Source of the DNA: Vicugna vicugna
Lineage: Eukaryota
Direction: 5' to 3'
NCBI GenBank assembly: GCA_013265495.1
Contig: MU061334.1
Coordinates: 745,557-809,556, forward strand
Length of the DNA stretch: 64,000 nt
The translations under genes were made by a program, and so were the position numbers. The notes beneath the pieces were generated by a model. That model was not told the DNA's origin, ran no database searches, and saw nothing but the letters and a program-made list of their open reading frames with translations. This document shows, piece by piece, positions 42,491-53,799 of the stretch. Each line of letters begins with the position of its first letter. Position 1 is the first letter of the stretch.

Positions 42491-45479
42491 TATAAAATGA
42501 AATTATTTTGTATGTGTAAATTTAGTCCCCAGCCTTACTGAATTGTCTCGTTTTCCCCTTTGGATCATCTCGTGTCATCCCGCAACTGTGAAGTCAAGAC
42601 CATTATTACTCTGTTTAGAGAAGGAAACAGGTTCAGAGAGTTTAAGTAACTTGTGCAGATGACACACCTCTGGGGAGGAGGTTTCAAACACAAGAGGTCT
42701 CACTCCCCAGGCTTGGAAGCTCCGCCCTACACTGCCTCCTTGTGTCCCGATAGCTGTAAGATCCCGCCACCTTCAGGGGGCGCACTGGCTACAATCAGTG
42801 GGTGGCATTACGATGGCCACCAAGGACCCACCGTGCGTGAGACATCTGAGTGGTAAGGGTTTTCCCCATTCAGGGCTCAGGGGGTGAGTTAAGCTGGGAC
42901 AAGGGGTTAACAGGCAGGACAGACCATGATGAATGGTCGATGGACTGACCCAAATGACTGGGCCTGAGGAGTCCAGAGCAAGTACCCCTGGGAGCTGGAC
43001 ACAGTCCACAGTGCTCAACCCCAGGGAAGGGCTGGGATCAGGCAGGATGGGGAAGAGTTGTGGGGACAAAGGTCAGGTGGCAGGTGGACACCCAGCTGGC
43101 GCCGGGAGGCTGTGGGCAATGAATCGGGGGACACAGTTCCCCTCCCAGCCCTGTCCCTGCCCAGGCCCTCAGAGCTGCCTCTCAGCCACCCACTGTCCGT
43201 GGTGCAGTCCTCTAGGGCTCAGCCCTTCAGGGCTCAGCTGAAGCATGTCATCAGGCCCTTCCCAAGCGCCGCCTCAGCCAGGCTGTGCCTCCCCTGGGTC
43301 CCCTCAGCGCCCCAGGCCTGAACCAGCCCTGTGCTACCGTTTCCATCTGTCTGCACCTGGCTGAATGTCTGTCTCCCTCACAAGACATGGAGGGCAGACC
43401 ATATGCCAAGGGCCAGCTCCCATGTGCTGAAGGAGCAGATGCCTGGATGCCTGGTGGATGCTCCCTGGAGCACTGGATGGGAGGGGCATGGGAGCAGTGG
43501 TGGCACAGATGGCAGCCCACTGCCTCTCGTTGGGGAAGAGGGTGGGGGCCGATGAGAGAAACTTCCAAATTCACATCGCAGGCCGACAGGCAGCCCAAAT
43601 TCCCTGGTTTGCTAGTCTTCGGGAAGCCTGGCACCAGACTGCCCACTCCTGTCACAGCTCAGCTTAGCCCCCTTGTAACTGGGGCTTCCTCAAAGTCCCT
43701 CCACACAGGACCTCCTCCTGAAGCCCTTTGGGCTCCTGGGCCCTGATGAAGTTGGGCTTCTCACAAAGTCAAGCTCAGTGGCCTAAGGTTCTGGGCTCTG
43801 GTCCCCATGCTGCCACTTTCCTGCTGGATCATTTTGGGCAAATCATTGTGTCTGTCTGAGCCTCAATGAGCATGCAGCCATGATCAGGGCTTGGCATGTC
43901 ACAGGTCCTTGATAAACTGGAATGACCTCTGGTGCCGCTGATGGGAGAGCTTCCTCGGGAACATGTCACCCCTGTGGAGTCCGCTTTGTGGCAGCGTTCG
44001 GACATACCCTGTCCAGAGTGTCCTCCATCATCCCAAGTCCACGCACTGGGGCCTGGAGGTGCCTCACACACAGCCCTGTTTGTGGTTCCCAGGGAAGCCC
44101 TGCCCAAGAAAGAGGGTGCTCTGTCTGAAAGTGAAATGAGGAAGGTTTCCAGAGAAAGGACCAGGGGATGCCCAGAGTTGGCTCCCACATGTGACGGCAA
44201 GAAGAGAGGGTGCTCCAGGCAGGGGTGGGCCCCACCTACAGCCCTAAGGATCCTGATGTCAGCCCCACACCCTGCTCAGTGCCAACAGGGAAAGGGGACC
44301 TAGTTTATTTACTCCCTGACTTGTTCCTCAAAGAACTTGAGGCAGCTCACAAAACCAAGAAGCCTGAAAAGAAGTCAGAGGGGAAACCGGGTGAAGGGAA
44401 AAATCACAGCAGGAAAGGAAGATAAAGCCAAGGGTCCCCACTCCCTGGGCCTGAAGACCTGGAACACCTGCCAGATGTAGCCACAACTCTTGACTCTGAA
44501 CTCCCTGGTGGTTGAGGAGAAGAGTGAAAGCAGACCGAGGTCCCTGATCCAGTGTGCTCTGGGAAAATGCACTCTGGTTGCCATCACCTGCTCCCTGGAG
44601 GATGCGCCCCCTTCCCTACTTCAGAATTTTGCTCCTTCTCCCTCCTCCACTTACCCCAGCCTGGGGTGGGCATGTTGTCTGTGCTCATAAAATTCCAGGA
44701 TCCCATGTATTCTAAAACATTCTCTATTAAGGCAGGGATTTTTTCTTTCTTTTTAAAATCCATCTCAGCATACTGGCAAGCAGTAAGATTGGGGATGTTT
44801 GTTGAAGAGACAGAGAAGTGAAATCCTTGGTCAGCGCAGAAACAGATGTCTGTGCATTTCGTCCAGTACCTGGGCATCTGGTGAGAGATGTGGGTGTACC
44901 CCACAGTGGGTAGGCAAGCAGAGGCAGAGGATGAGTCTGGTAAAGCCAGACTTCCCAAGCCCCGATGGGGAAGGAGCTTCCCTCCAGCTCCAGGGAGCAG
45001 GGCTCTGGCAATCTAGCATGCAGGCTGCAGGGTTTGAGGGAAGCTACAGGTGAACCCTCAGGCAGAAAACTTGGCCTTAGCAGTGCCGAAGGTGGTGTTG
45101 ACCAATTTCTGATCTTTAAGCCTTGTTGGGGCAGGGATTTGGGGCTGAGCTGCTGTGACAGGGTACATCTTGGATTCAGCAGTCTATCCCAGCCCCCCTC
45201 CATGGAGCCATTTGACACATTACTTAGTGCTGGCCATTTACCCCTGTGGGCAGGACAGAGGTGGAAGAACTCCTCAGAGGAGACCACAAGGCTGCATGTC
45301 AGGGGCCACCTGCTGCCCCTCAACCTTGCAGAGTCCCCTGTCCCGCCTCAGTTTTCTCCCGCCTCAGAGACACCAGGTTGAAGCTGTCGATGTAAGGATC
45401 ATGTAGGTAATAGCTTAGTAAAGGGCCTGGCACGTACTAGGGTCTCAAGAAACGGTGTCTGCCTTTGATCGATGCGGAG

Positions 45480-46600
45480 TGGAGTCAGTGCAGTGCGGGC
45501 GACTCGCCCAAGGTCACACAGCTGGGCTGAATCCGACCCGCGCGGGCTGACTTCAGCGGGCCGGGTTTGTGAGGAGCCAGCTTGTGAGAGCGGTTTTGGA
45601 GGAGCGGACGGGGGCGTGGGCGGGAAGGGACTTCTATTTTGGAGCGGGTGACAGGAGCACAGAGTGCGAAGGGGGCTGGGTCCCTTCCTGGGATCCCTGC
45701 ACCCCAGTCACCTTCCCGCGACCCTTCCCGGGAGGGGCGTCCTGGCCGGGTAGCGGGGAGGTGGGAGGGGCGGGCGGGCAGGCGGTTACCTCATCGCCGC
45801 CTCCAGGAGGCTCCGCTCGCTCCTCGCTCGCTCTCGCGGCCGACTGGGGCGGCGACTCCGGGCGCCGGAGAGAGAAGGACGGAGGGACGGAGACGCCGAG
45901 AGGCAGCGTCGCCCCCCGCGCCCCGCTCTGCCGCCGGACCCGCGCTGCGAGGAGGTCCGACCTCGGTGCCCGGCGCTGCCAGCGGCGCCTCCAGTCGCGT
46001 TACGGGGCGGAGGCCGTGTTTGAACGCAGCGCGCTGGGTTTGCTCTCTCCCGAGCTTGGCACCCGCTGGAGCTGCTCGTGCGTCTGCCGTCGGCCTGCTC
46101 GGCTGTCTGTCTGCCCGCCCACCGCCAGATCGGTCCTCCGTCCTGGCCTCTCGGGGCCCCAGGTGCTCCGAGGGGCGATGAAGAGCGCGGCGGGGCCGTG
46201 GAGCACGGGGCAGGGCGCGCGGGGTGCGCGGGGCGGCGCCGGCCCATGAGGCTTCCCAGCGCGGGGCGCAGCAGCGCGCGCGGGCCATGGGGGGCAGCCT
46301 GCGGGTGGCCGTGCTGGGCGCCCCCGGCGTGGGCAAGACAGCCATCATCCGCCAGTTCCTTTTCGGTGACTACCCCGAGCGCCACCGTCCCACGGACGGG
46401 CCGCGCCTCTACCGGCCCGCGGTGCTGCTCGACGGCGCTGTCTACGACCTGAGTATCCGCGACGGCGATGGTGCTGGCCCCGGTCAGAGCCCCGGGGGTC
46501 TAGAGGTAGCAGCTCGAGGGGTGGGCAGGGGCGTGTGACAGCATTTGGGTGCGGATGCTCGGCACACACGTGCGTGTCCGCGTGGACGGTCCCAGGGTGC
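45480..46600 (+). promoter_or_regulatory. RASL10A: CpG island / promoter and first exon of RASL10A
   Basis: Dense CpG; GC boxes (GGGGCGTGGGCGGG at about 45611, GGGGCGGGCGGG at about 45767); spans the start codon. TSS not determinable from sequence. Confidence 0.85.
46287..46505 (+). CDS. RASL10A: RASL10A exon 1 CDS
   Basis: MGGSLRVAVLGAPGVGKT...SPGGLE; |gtagca. Confidence 0.95.
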
Positions 46601-48215
46601 CCGACTGTGCTCATGGATTGAAGGATGAATGTCTGTCCTGGTATTTGTATGTCTCACCCCTTCTGCCCGCCTGAAGTTGCCTTAAACCAGGCCCAAGACC
46701 CGGCGATTTTGCAAAGTGGCTTTTTTTTTTTTCCTTCTTAAATGCCTCTCTATTTGCCTGCCTCCGCTGGTGGGTGAGGATGAATGCCTGGGGGAGCATG
46801 GCCTTGCCTCCCTGAGCAGTAGTGGGAGAGGTTGAAGCCAGGCACAGGGATGTACTTTCTAGGCAGGGGGTCATTCTCTGCTCTTTCATTCCTGTGACCT
46901 GCAGCAAAGGTTCGTCCAGTAATTTGTGCAAAGTCCAGGACAGACTTTGAATACTTGGAGCCAATGTCTTCGAGAAGTGAAGAGGAAAGAGTAGGCAGGA
47001 TTAAGAAGGGCTTCCTAGAGGGGGTGGTATTTGGGATAAACCTGGAAGGATGATTGAAGTTTTGATTAAGCAGCACAAACATTCCAGGTAGGAAGGCCTA
47101 ACCATGTACAGCTGCCGCCAGTCAGTGGTCTCTGTGGGCTCGGGGAACACGGGCCCAAGGCTTTGTAATTAGGCTTAGAGGCAGTAGTTACCAGTGAAGT
47201 CTTCTGGGAAGGGGTGGGGCCTGACCCGAGATGAGCTGTGGGAAACTGAAGGAGAAGGAAGATGCTAGGGGTGAGGGGAGAGGAGACTCAAGAGTGAAGG
47301 AGGGCTGGTGGCTGACCTGCTTCAGGCACGGTTTGGAAATTTATACCCCGGCGGCCATGAGGATAGTAGGGCCCAGGGAACTTGGGGGAGAGGAGGCACA
47401 GACAAGGATGAGGACAGCCAAGGCCTGAGCATGAACTGTGGATTTAGCGTCAAAGGCCCTGCAGAAGGTCCAGGCGTCGGATAGTGGGAAGGGGGCTTAG
47501 GGAAACTCCCGCCTTCCGCCCCCAGGAGTGGCCAGACCCTAAGGATTGGAACTTGCAGGACACGGACGCCTTTGTGCTAGTCTATGACATCTGCAGCCCG
47601 GACAGCTTTGACTACGTGAAGACGCTGCGGCAGCGCATCGCGGAGACCAGGTGCGGGGCGGTCGGAGCTGCGTATGGGGAGGGGAGCAGTGTTTGCTGGT
47701 CTGGTTGGGCCTTTGCCGGAGGCGAGTGGGTGGGTTCTTCCGCCGTCCTGGGCCTGGTGTCAAGCCCTCCGAGCCAGACTTCTGTCCGTGGGAGGTCTCC
47801 AGTCTCGTGCGGTCTTTGGGCCAAGCGGGTATAGTGTTTACTGGGGATCTCTGGCCGCGGGAGGGGATGCTCCTGAGTGTATATACCCACGGACAGAGGT
47901 TTTCTCCGGCCATGGCACAGCGACCCTGATTTCCATCTGGCTCGCAGGCCGGCAGGCGCACCCGAGGCGCCCATCCTCGTGGTGGGCAACAAGCGGGATC
48001 GGCAGCGGCTGCGCTTCGGCCCTCGGCGCACACTGGCCGCCCTGGTGCGCAGGGGCTGGCGCTGCGGCTACCTCGAGTGCTCCGCCAAGTACAACTGGCA
48101 CGTGCTGCGTCTCTTCCGTGAGCTGCTGCGCTGCGCTCTGGTGCGCGCACGCCCTGCGCACCCGGCTCTGCGCCTGCAGGGGGCGCTGCATCCAGCGCGC
48201 TGCAGCCTCATGTGA
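46287..48215 (+). CDS. RASL10A: Ras-like protein family member 10A (RRP22), 3 exons, 203 aa
   Basis: Exons 46287-46505, 47526-47650 and 47948-48215 total 612 nt. G1 GAPGVGKT, G4 NKRD, G5 CSAK, CaaX CSLM; gccATGg Kozak. Confidence 0.97.
47526..47650 (+). CDS. RASL10A: RASL10A exon 2
   Basis: ccccag|; EWPDPKDWNLQDTDAFVLVYDICSPDSFDYVKTLRQRIAET; ag|gtgcgg. Confidence 0.96.
47948..48215 (+). CDS. RASL10A: RASL10A exon 3 CDS
   Basis: tcgcag|g; PAGAPEAPILVVGNKRD...HPARCSLM-TGA. Confidence 0.96.
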
Positions 48216-48568
48216 CTGAATTGGACGCCGCCGCCAATTGCGGGGGGAGCCTCCATTTGACTGGAACAACCGGGGACCCGGATTGGATGAGATCGCCCAA
48301 CTTCTGTCGGGATTGGACAGGACAGACTCTCCTCCCTGATTGGCTGAGGAACGCTCCCACCCAGTCACCTGGGCGACAGACCTCTTTCTGAATTTCATTG
48401 GACACAGCCAGGCCCCAAGCCCCATTGGACAAGATTAGTCCTTCCTGGGATTTCATTGGGTCATGATCCGATTGGATGGAGGGGCTTGGCTATGAACGTG
48501 ATTGGAAAGTCGCAGACTGCTCTTGGAGTTTCACTGGACGAACTGTTAAGTCACACCTCTCAGGAGGT

Positions 48569-48574
48569 AATAAA
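48569..48574 (+). terminator. RASL10A: RASL10A polyadenylation signal AATAAA
   Basis: First AATAAA after the stop, about 350 nt downstream. Confidence 0.7.
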
Positions 48575-48768
48575 AGGGTAAACAATTCAAGTGCACCGGG
48601 CATTTCTGAGATGGGCAGGATAATCTTAAGCCTAGAGGTCAGAGCTGCCAGGCACTGGCCCCTGGCAGTTAACTCCAGAATCCCAACATGTAATCAGGGT
48701 CCCCAAATGGGTGTGATGGCCTAATGGCTGAGTCCCCAAGAAGCAGACACAAGTAGCTGGAACAAAAC

Positions 48769-48774
48769 TTTACT
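48769..48774 (-). terminator. GAS2L1: GAS2L1 variant polyadenylation signal AGTAAA
   Basis: tttact on + is AGTAAA on -; followed on - by a GU-rich tract ttgtgtctgcttctt. Confidence 0.55.
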
Positions 48775-49051
48775 GTCAGGCTCTGCAGGGCCACAGGACC
48801 TCAGGAGAGGTCCTCACTGGGCTGGCCCAGCCTCTTCTAAGGCATTCAATAATATTAGTAATTAAATAGCAATGCTCATCCCCCAACCGGAATGTACAAC
48901 AGGTCCCATTGTGCCATGTGGTCCCAAGGGGTCTGGTCCCATGAGGTCTGGTCCCCAAGAGGCAGGGGAGGGGGCTCCCTGATGCAGAGGGGTTAAGGCC
49001 ACAAAGGAAAAGGAGAAGGAATGGAGGACTGGGGTCAGCTGGGCTGGTCCA

Positions 49052-50090
49052 TCACATCCAGGAATCTGGCTCCACCCTTGGGTTGACTGAGTGCAGGGCA
49101 TGCCAGGACCCTGGCTCCGTGGGTCCAGATGGGCGGCGGGGGCCCCTGGGTGTGGGGATGCGTGAGGGTTTTCTGTCTGGCTGTGTGTCCATCCGGCCTC
49201 GTGCCCAGGTCCTTGGGGCCTCTGGGCCGGCCAGGGGGCCCCCAGGTGCATCTGGTGGGCCCCCTGCACCAGGGCAGGGGCTGCCTTCATCGGAGGAACT
49301 GGACAGGGCTGGGCCTCGGGGCCCGGGCAGCCCGTTGGCCATCCTGCCAGAGTCCCCAGGTTGGCCACACTTGCTACCCAGGACGCTGAGGGATGAAGAG
49401 GAGGAGCTGGAGGAACAGTAGGCTGAGTCAGGAGCTTGAGGGTCTGGGGCCCGAACCGGGTCAGGGGCTGGTCCAGAGGGGGTCCCGCCAGCAGCAGCCT
49501 CAAGGGCTCGGGCATTGGCCAGGAACTCCTCTTCCAGGCGCCGGAAGAGTTGCTGCTCCTGCTTTGGGTCAAGCTGCAAGGGGGTGCGGAAGACACTGGC
49601 CGGGGTGGTGCTCAACTCTGGACTGGGGCTGAGGGCCCGGGGAGGCCTGAGTGCTGCAGGGCTGTGGGCACGGGGAGTCTGGGGGCTGCTCCGGCCCGAA
49701 CCCACACTGCCCCTGCCCCGTGGCACCCACGAGTGCTGCCCATCTCGGTCCCGACGCACCAGCAGCACAGCCTGCTCCTCGCGGCTCTGGCTCCGGGCCC
49801 GCCGGGCAGGGTTGGAGGCCAACAGCTGGCCTCCCCTGCCTCCTGGGGCCCCACGCGGCCGCCCCCGATCCAGCCGGTCTCGGGATTGGCTGCGTGGGGC
49901 AGGGGGCCGTCTCATCGAGGCCGGGGTGCCTGTGGTCACCCGCCGGCTAGGCCGCTCCCGCCGGGGGCCAGTGCCTGAGTCTTCACTGCGGGGACCGAGG
50001 GGGCCGCCACTCTGGGCTGATGAGGCTGAGGAATCGCTGTCCCCGGAGTAGCGGCGGGAGCGGGGATTGGGGGGCAGCTGGTCCCGGGTC
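49052..50090 (-). CDS. GAS2L1: GAS2L1 last coding exon (beta form)
   Basis: gcccag|g; [21 protein letters not shown]...RKPSRIPTP...EPDSWM-TGA. Confidence 0.95.
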
Positions 50091-53000
50091 CTGGGCAGGG
50101 GAACAAGAGAGAGATGGGGAAATGCAGAGGCAACTGGCGCGCAGAAAGGGCAGGGAGAGGAACGAGCCTCCGCGTGTTTGGGGGGCAGGGGAGACACCTG
50201 CGGTGCTGGTGGTGTGTGTGAGTGCCTGAGCCAAGGGCTTCCGTCCGTCCTGGGGACTTCCAGGGAGAAGTGAGAGACTCTGCCACGGCTTCCGGCAGCC
50301 AGGGCCACCCACCACCCCAAGCAGCGGAAGAAGCAAGGCTCTAAGCTCCCTCTCCCCAGGCCTCTGGTTTCCTGGGCAGGCCAGAGGGAAGCAGGGTTGG
50401 ACTGGCCGCCACCCAGCCCCCAGGGCCCGCCCAGCTGTGTTGTTCGTTTGGTTGCGTTGCCCTGGAGACGGGAAGCCAGGCCCACCCCCACCCACGGGAA
50501 CTTTTCCCAGGGTGTGAGTCATTGGAGCACAGTCATCCAGGCCCTGGTGGGCAAACCCCGGTCCCCTCACCCCCGAGTCCTCCTGCCTCTTACCTGAGTG
50601 GGGTCTCGAGCCCCTCCTTTGAGCTGCGTAAGCTAATAGGTGTCACCTCGGGGCGGGAGCCCCGGCGCTCAGCCCCTGGAGCTGGGCTACCAGCTCGGGG
50701 ACTGGGGGTAGGTGACACCCGCTGTGGGGAGAAGGTGCCAGCCCTCAGCTGGGGCGGGCGGTGGGCTGCAGGGACAGAGGACAGGCAACGTGTGAGGGCT
50801 GGAGCCACAGAGGTGCCCGCCCGCCCACCTGCCCCCACAGTGGGCACTGACCGGTGGAGGAGCAGCGGCAGGGGTCATGCTTGTCCAGGTAGTGCTCCAG
50901 CGTGTCCCAGCCGCCACCCACACGCACCATCACGTGGCTCCTAAGCACCTGTGGGAGCCCGGCGTGGGCAGGTCACGGCCTGACCCCCACCTCCCGGGCT
51001 GCCGCCTGTTCAGGTAGCCCCTCACTCTCACCCGCACAAAGATGAGCAGGCTGGAGTCTCCCACGCGGTACTTCCCCTCTGAGACTTTGATCATGGGAAA
51101 CTGGTCTGGGCAGGTGCAGTGGCCCAAGATCTCCCTCACCTGAGGCCAGAGAGGAGAGGCTGGTGGTCAGGGGTCAAGTCCATCCTGGGGCCTGATGTCA
51201 GCAACTCCAGGGACAGGAGGAGGTTAAGTCCTTCTGGGAAACAGGGGCATGGACTGTGTTGCCCCAGACTTGAGTGCAGCCTCTGCACTTGGCCTTTCAC
51301 CAGCTCTCCTTCCCCATTGGCTACCAGGGGTTAGAGAGCTAGCCAGGATAAGACAGAGGGGCTGTGGTCAGGCCAGGGACCCCAACAAGGCACATCCTTG
51401 AAGTCCCTGTGCCCATCCTCACTCCCCCTTCACCCACTTCAGAGACATGAATGTTGAGGCCCACAAGAAGGCCAGGTTCAGGGAGGAGGCAGGTGACAGG
51501 CCACGAGCGCAGGGGACCCCCACCACAAGACGGGAGTGCCATAGACTCATGGGGCACATGCACACACCGACATGCACACCAGGCCCCTCGCCCGGCGAGC
51601 ACACATCTGCCCACATGCTCCCCACCCAGGGAGCTGCCAGGATGGCTATGTGGGCGGCCCTGACCGCCTCCTCGCCCACAGCGGAGCCGCCTGAGAAAAT
51701 GAGCAGGTGGAGCCTCGGATGACCCTGGCCCAGGATGAGGTGGGGTGGCAGCCTCTGCCCACAGCCATCCGGCTACCCACCTCCAGGACATGCACAGCAT
51801 GTCCTAACCTTCTGATAAGAAGGAAACTCTTGGCCCAGCTGTGGGGGTGTCAGGGACATCCAGGTCCCAGGAAGAGGAGGAGGGAGCTGAGGGCATGGTC
51901 TGGCACCTACTATGCTCAGAGTAGAACTAATCCTGCAGCTCCTAATAGGACTTCCACTCCCAGTAGCAGAAGCCAGGCTGGGCTTGGCTTCCCAGATAAG
52001 TGATGTGCAGCAGGGTCATGGGGAGTGGGAGTCCCTGGGAGCCTCCCTCAGCACTCACTCAGTGCCTACTGTGTGCCAGGTGCCTTACGCAGGACCAAAC
52101 CACATGGGCACCCATTCAACCTCAAGCTCAGTGATGAAGATGCAACTGTCTAGCAGCTGAGTGTAGGGAGGGCATACAGAAGGGGCTCAAATCATGCAGC
52201 CCCCTGGATGAAGGTGCACCCAGCACTTATCTGGTGCATAGTTAGCACATGAAGGAAGCAGGAGATCATGCAGTGGAGCTGAGTTTTCTACCAGGCAGGG
52301 CCTCACCCAGCATCTCTCCCTCTCTGGGCCTGCTCATCTCCTTGGGGCCAGGTATATACACTTGGTGCTTAACACATGCACCCTTCCCATGGGGCAAGCT
52401 GTCCTGCAGATGCGCGGGTGGGCCCTGGGAGGTTGTGGGCACCAGCTCTGAGGTTTGGCCCCGAGCACACAATGCTGGGTACTCAAGCCGGGCACCTGCC
52501 CTGAATCCGGGGACTCACCAACTCGTCGAGGTTGCGCAGGTCGCTGGGTGTCATGCGGGGCCCCCGTGCAGGAGCCCCAGGGGTGGCAGAGGTCTCGGCG
52601 GTGTCCTCCCCAGCAGTGGGGGTGTTAGGGACCGGGGGTGCGGCGCGGAGCTCCTGCTCAATCTCCTGTTCGAACTGCACGAGCCGAGGGGCCAGCAGGC
52701 CGAGGCGGGCTCCACGCCGCGCCACCTCCAGCAGACACAGCACCACGCTTTTCTCATTCTTTCGTAGCACTAGGTCCTCAGTCTCAAACATGAGCACTTC
52801 GGGCACACCCAGCTCCGCTCGGCACCAGCCGATGAAGGTGGCCACGTTGTCTCGGGCCATGAAGGAGCCAGGCACCACACTGTGTGCCTGGAAGGCCACC
52901 CCGCGGGCCGGGCGGGCAGCGGCCATTGTGCGGGCGGCCTCGGTGACAGCGTTGGCATGCTGGCACAGGGTGGTGCCTGTGGCCAGCCCCGTCAGGAAGC

Positions 53001-53151
53001 CATCGCCACCATTGGGCAGACCCAGGCCGTACAAGGCGTTGAGCCACTCGGCCAGGTCCTCCTTCATGGCCTCCACGTAGGCCTCACTCGAGCGGAATGG
53101 CCGCACACTCTTGGCCGCCGAGCCCGCGATGCCCGCCACTGGGTCCGCCAT
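49052..53151 (-). CDS. GAS2L1: GAS2-like protein 1 (GAR22 beta form), 5 coding exons, 682 aa
   Basis: Exons 52519-53151, 51032-51139, 50852-50948, 50594-50765 and 49052-50090 total 2049 nt. CH domain, GAR domain ([15 protein letters not shown]...[16 protein letters not shown]), SxIP motif SRIP, ends EPDSWM. Confidence 0.96.
50594..50765 (-). CDS. GAS2L1: GAS2L1 coding exon 4
   Basis: ctgcag|cc; [18 protein letters not shown]...EGLETPL; ag|gtaaga. Confidence 0.95.
50852..50948 (-). CDS. GAS2L1: GAS2L1 coding exon 3
   Basis: [32 protein letters not shown]; g|gtcagt. Confidence 0.96.
51032..51139 (-). CDS. GAS2L1: GAS2L1 coding exon 2
   Basis: [36 protein letters not shown]; |gtgaga. Confidence 0.96.
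52519..53151 (-). CDS. GAS2L1: GAS2L1 first coding exon (exon extends to 53170)
   Basis: cccacag| acceptor at 53172-71; [19 protein letters not shown]...DLRNLDEL; |gtgagt. Confidence 0.96.
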
Positions 53152-53799
53152 GCCCGGGCCAGCCGAGTCACTGTGGGCAGGGATGCTGGTCAGGACTGCT
53201 GTGATGACCGAGCAAGCGCTCAGTACAGACTAAGCCGCAGAACACCCCAACCCATCAGTCATTTCAGACCAAATGCCTGGGTTTGAGCCCTGGCTATGAT
53301 ACACTTCTCGCCTCAGTTTTCCCATCTGTGAAGTGGGTACAACAACATTACGTTTCTCAGAGGAACTAATGGATAATTTTTATAAATGATTTAGTGTCCT
53401 CAAGTGTTTGCTGTTTGGTTCTTCTGTGTGGGGCGGGGGTGTGGGGGCGGACTGGGGGACTTGGCTGAGTCCTCCGGCCAGGGCAGAGAGGCACCCATCC
53501 TTACTGCCCTGAGTGACAGATGAAGAGCTGAGCCCTAGACAGATGAAGCCCACAGCCCTGGACTCACAGTAGGAACCCTGGTCGCGACCTAAGAGGGATT
53601 AGTTCCACTGCTCAGGGCTGGTGGATCCCACTTCCTCCGGAAAGAGCCTAGGTCCACCCTCAGCCCCCTTTCCCTAAGGATTGTGTCATTATAACAACGA
53701 CATAACGGCAGCAATAGTAAAGTAATCACAATGACTATAGTCAGCTTTGAGTGCGCAGTGATATTATCGCCGTTTCACAGATGAGGAAACTGAGGAGCA

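Noticed and set aside
45569-46385. Multiple 150-226-aa ORFs on both strands over the RASL10A CpG island
   Set aside because: These are stop-poor GC-rich shadows, and the + strand ones start at non-ATG codons. Only the ATG-initiated uORFs are kept as a finding.
48862-50570. Long alternative-frame and antisense ORFs over the GAS2L1 last exon and intron
   Set aside because: These are expected in GC-rich coding DNA. The listed 479-aa ORF is the real last exon extended into the intron.
52532-53080. 182-aa antisense ORF opposite the GAS2L1 CH-domain exon
   Set aside because: It is a reverse-frame shadow of a GC3-rich exon.
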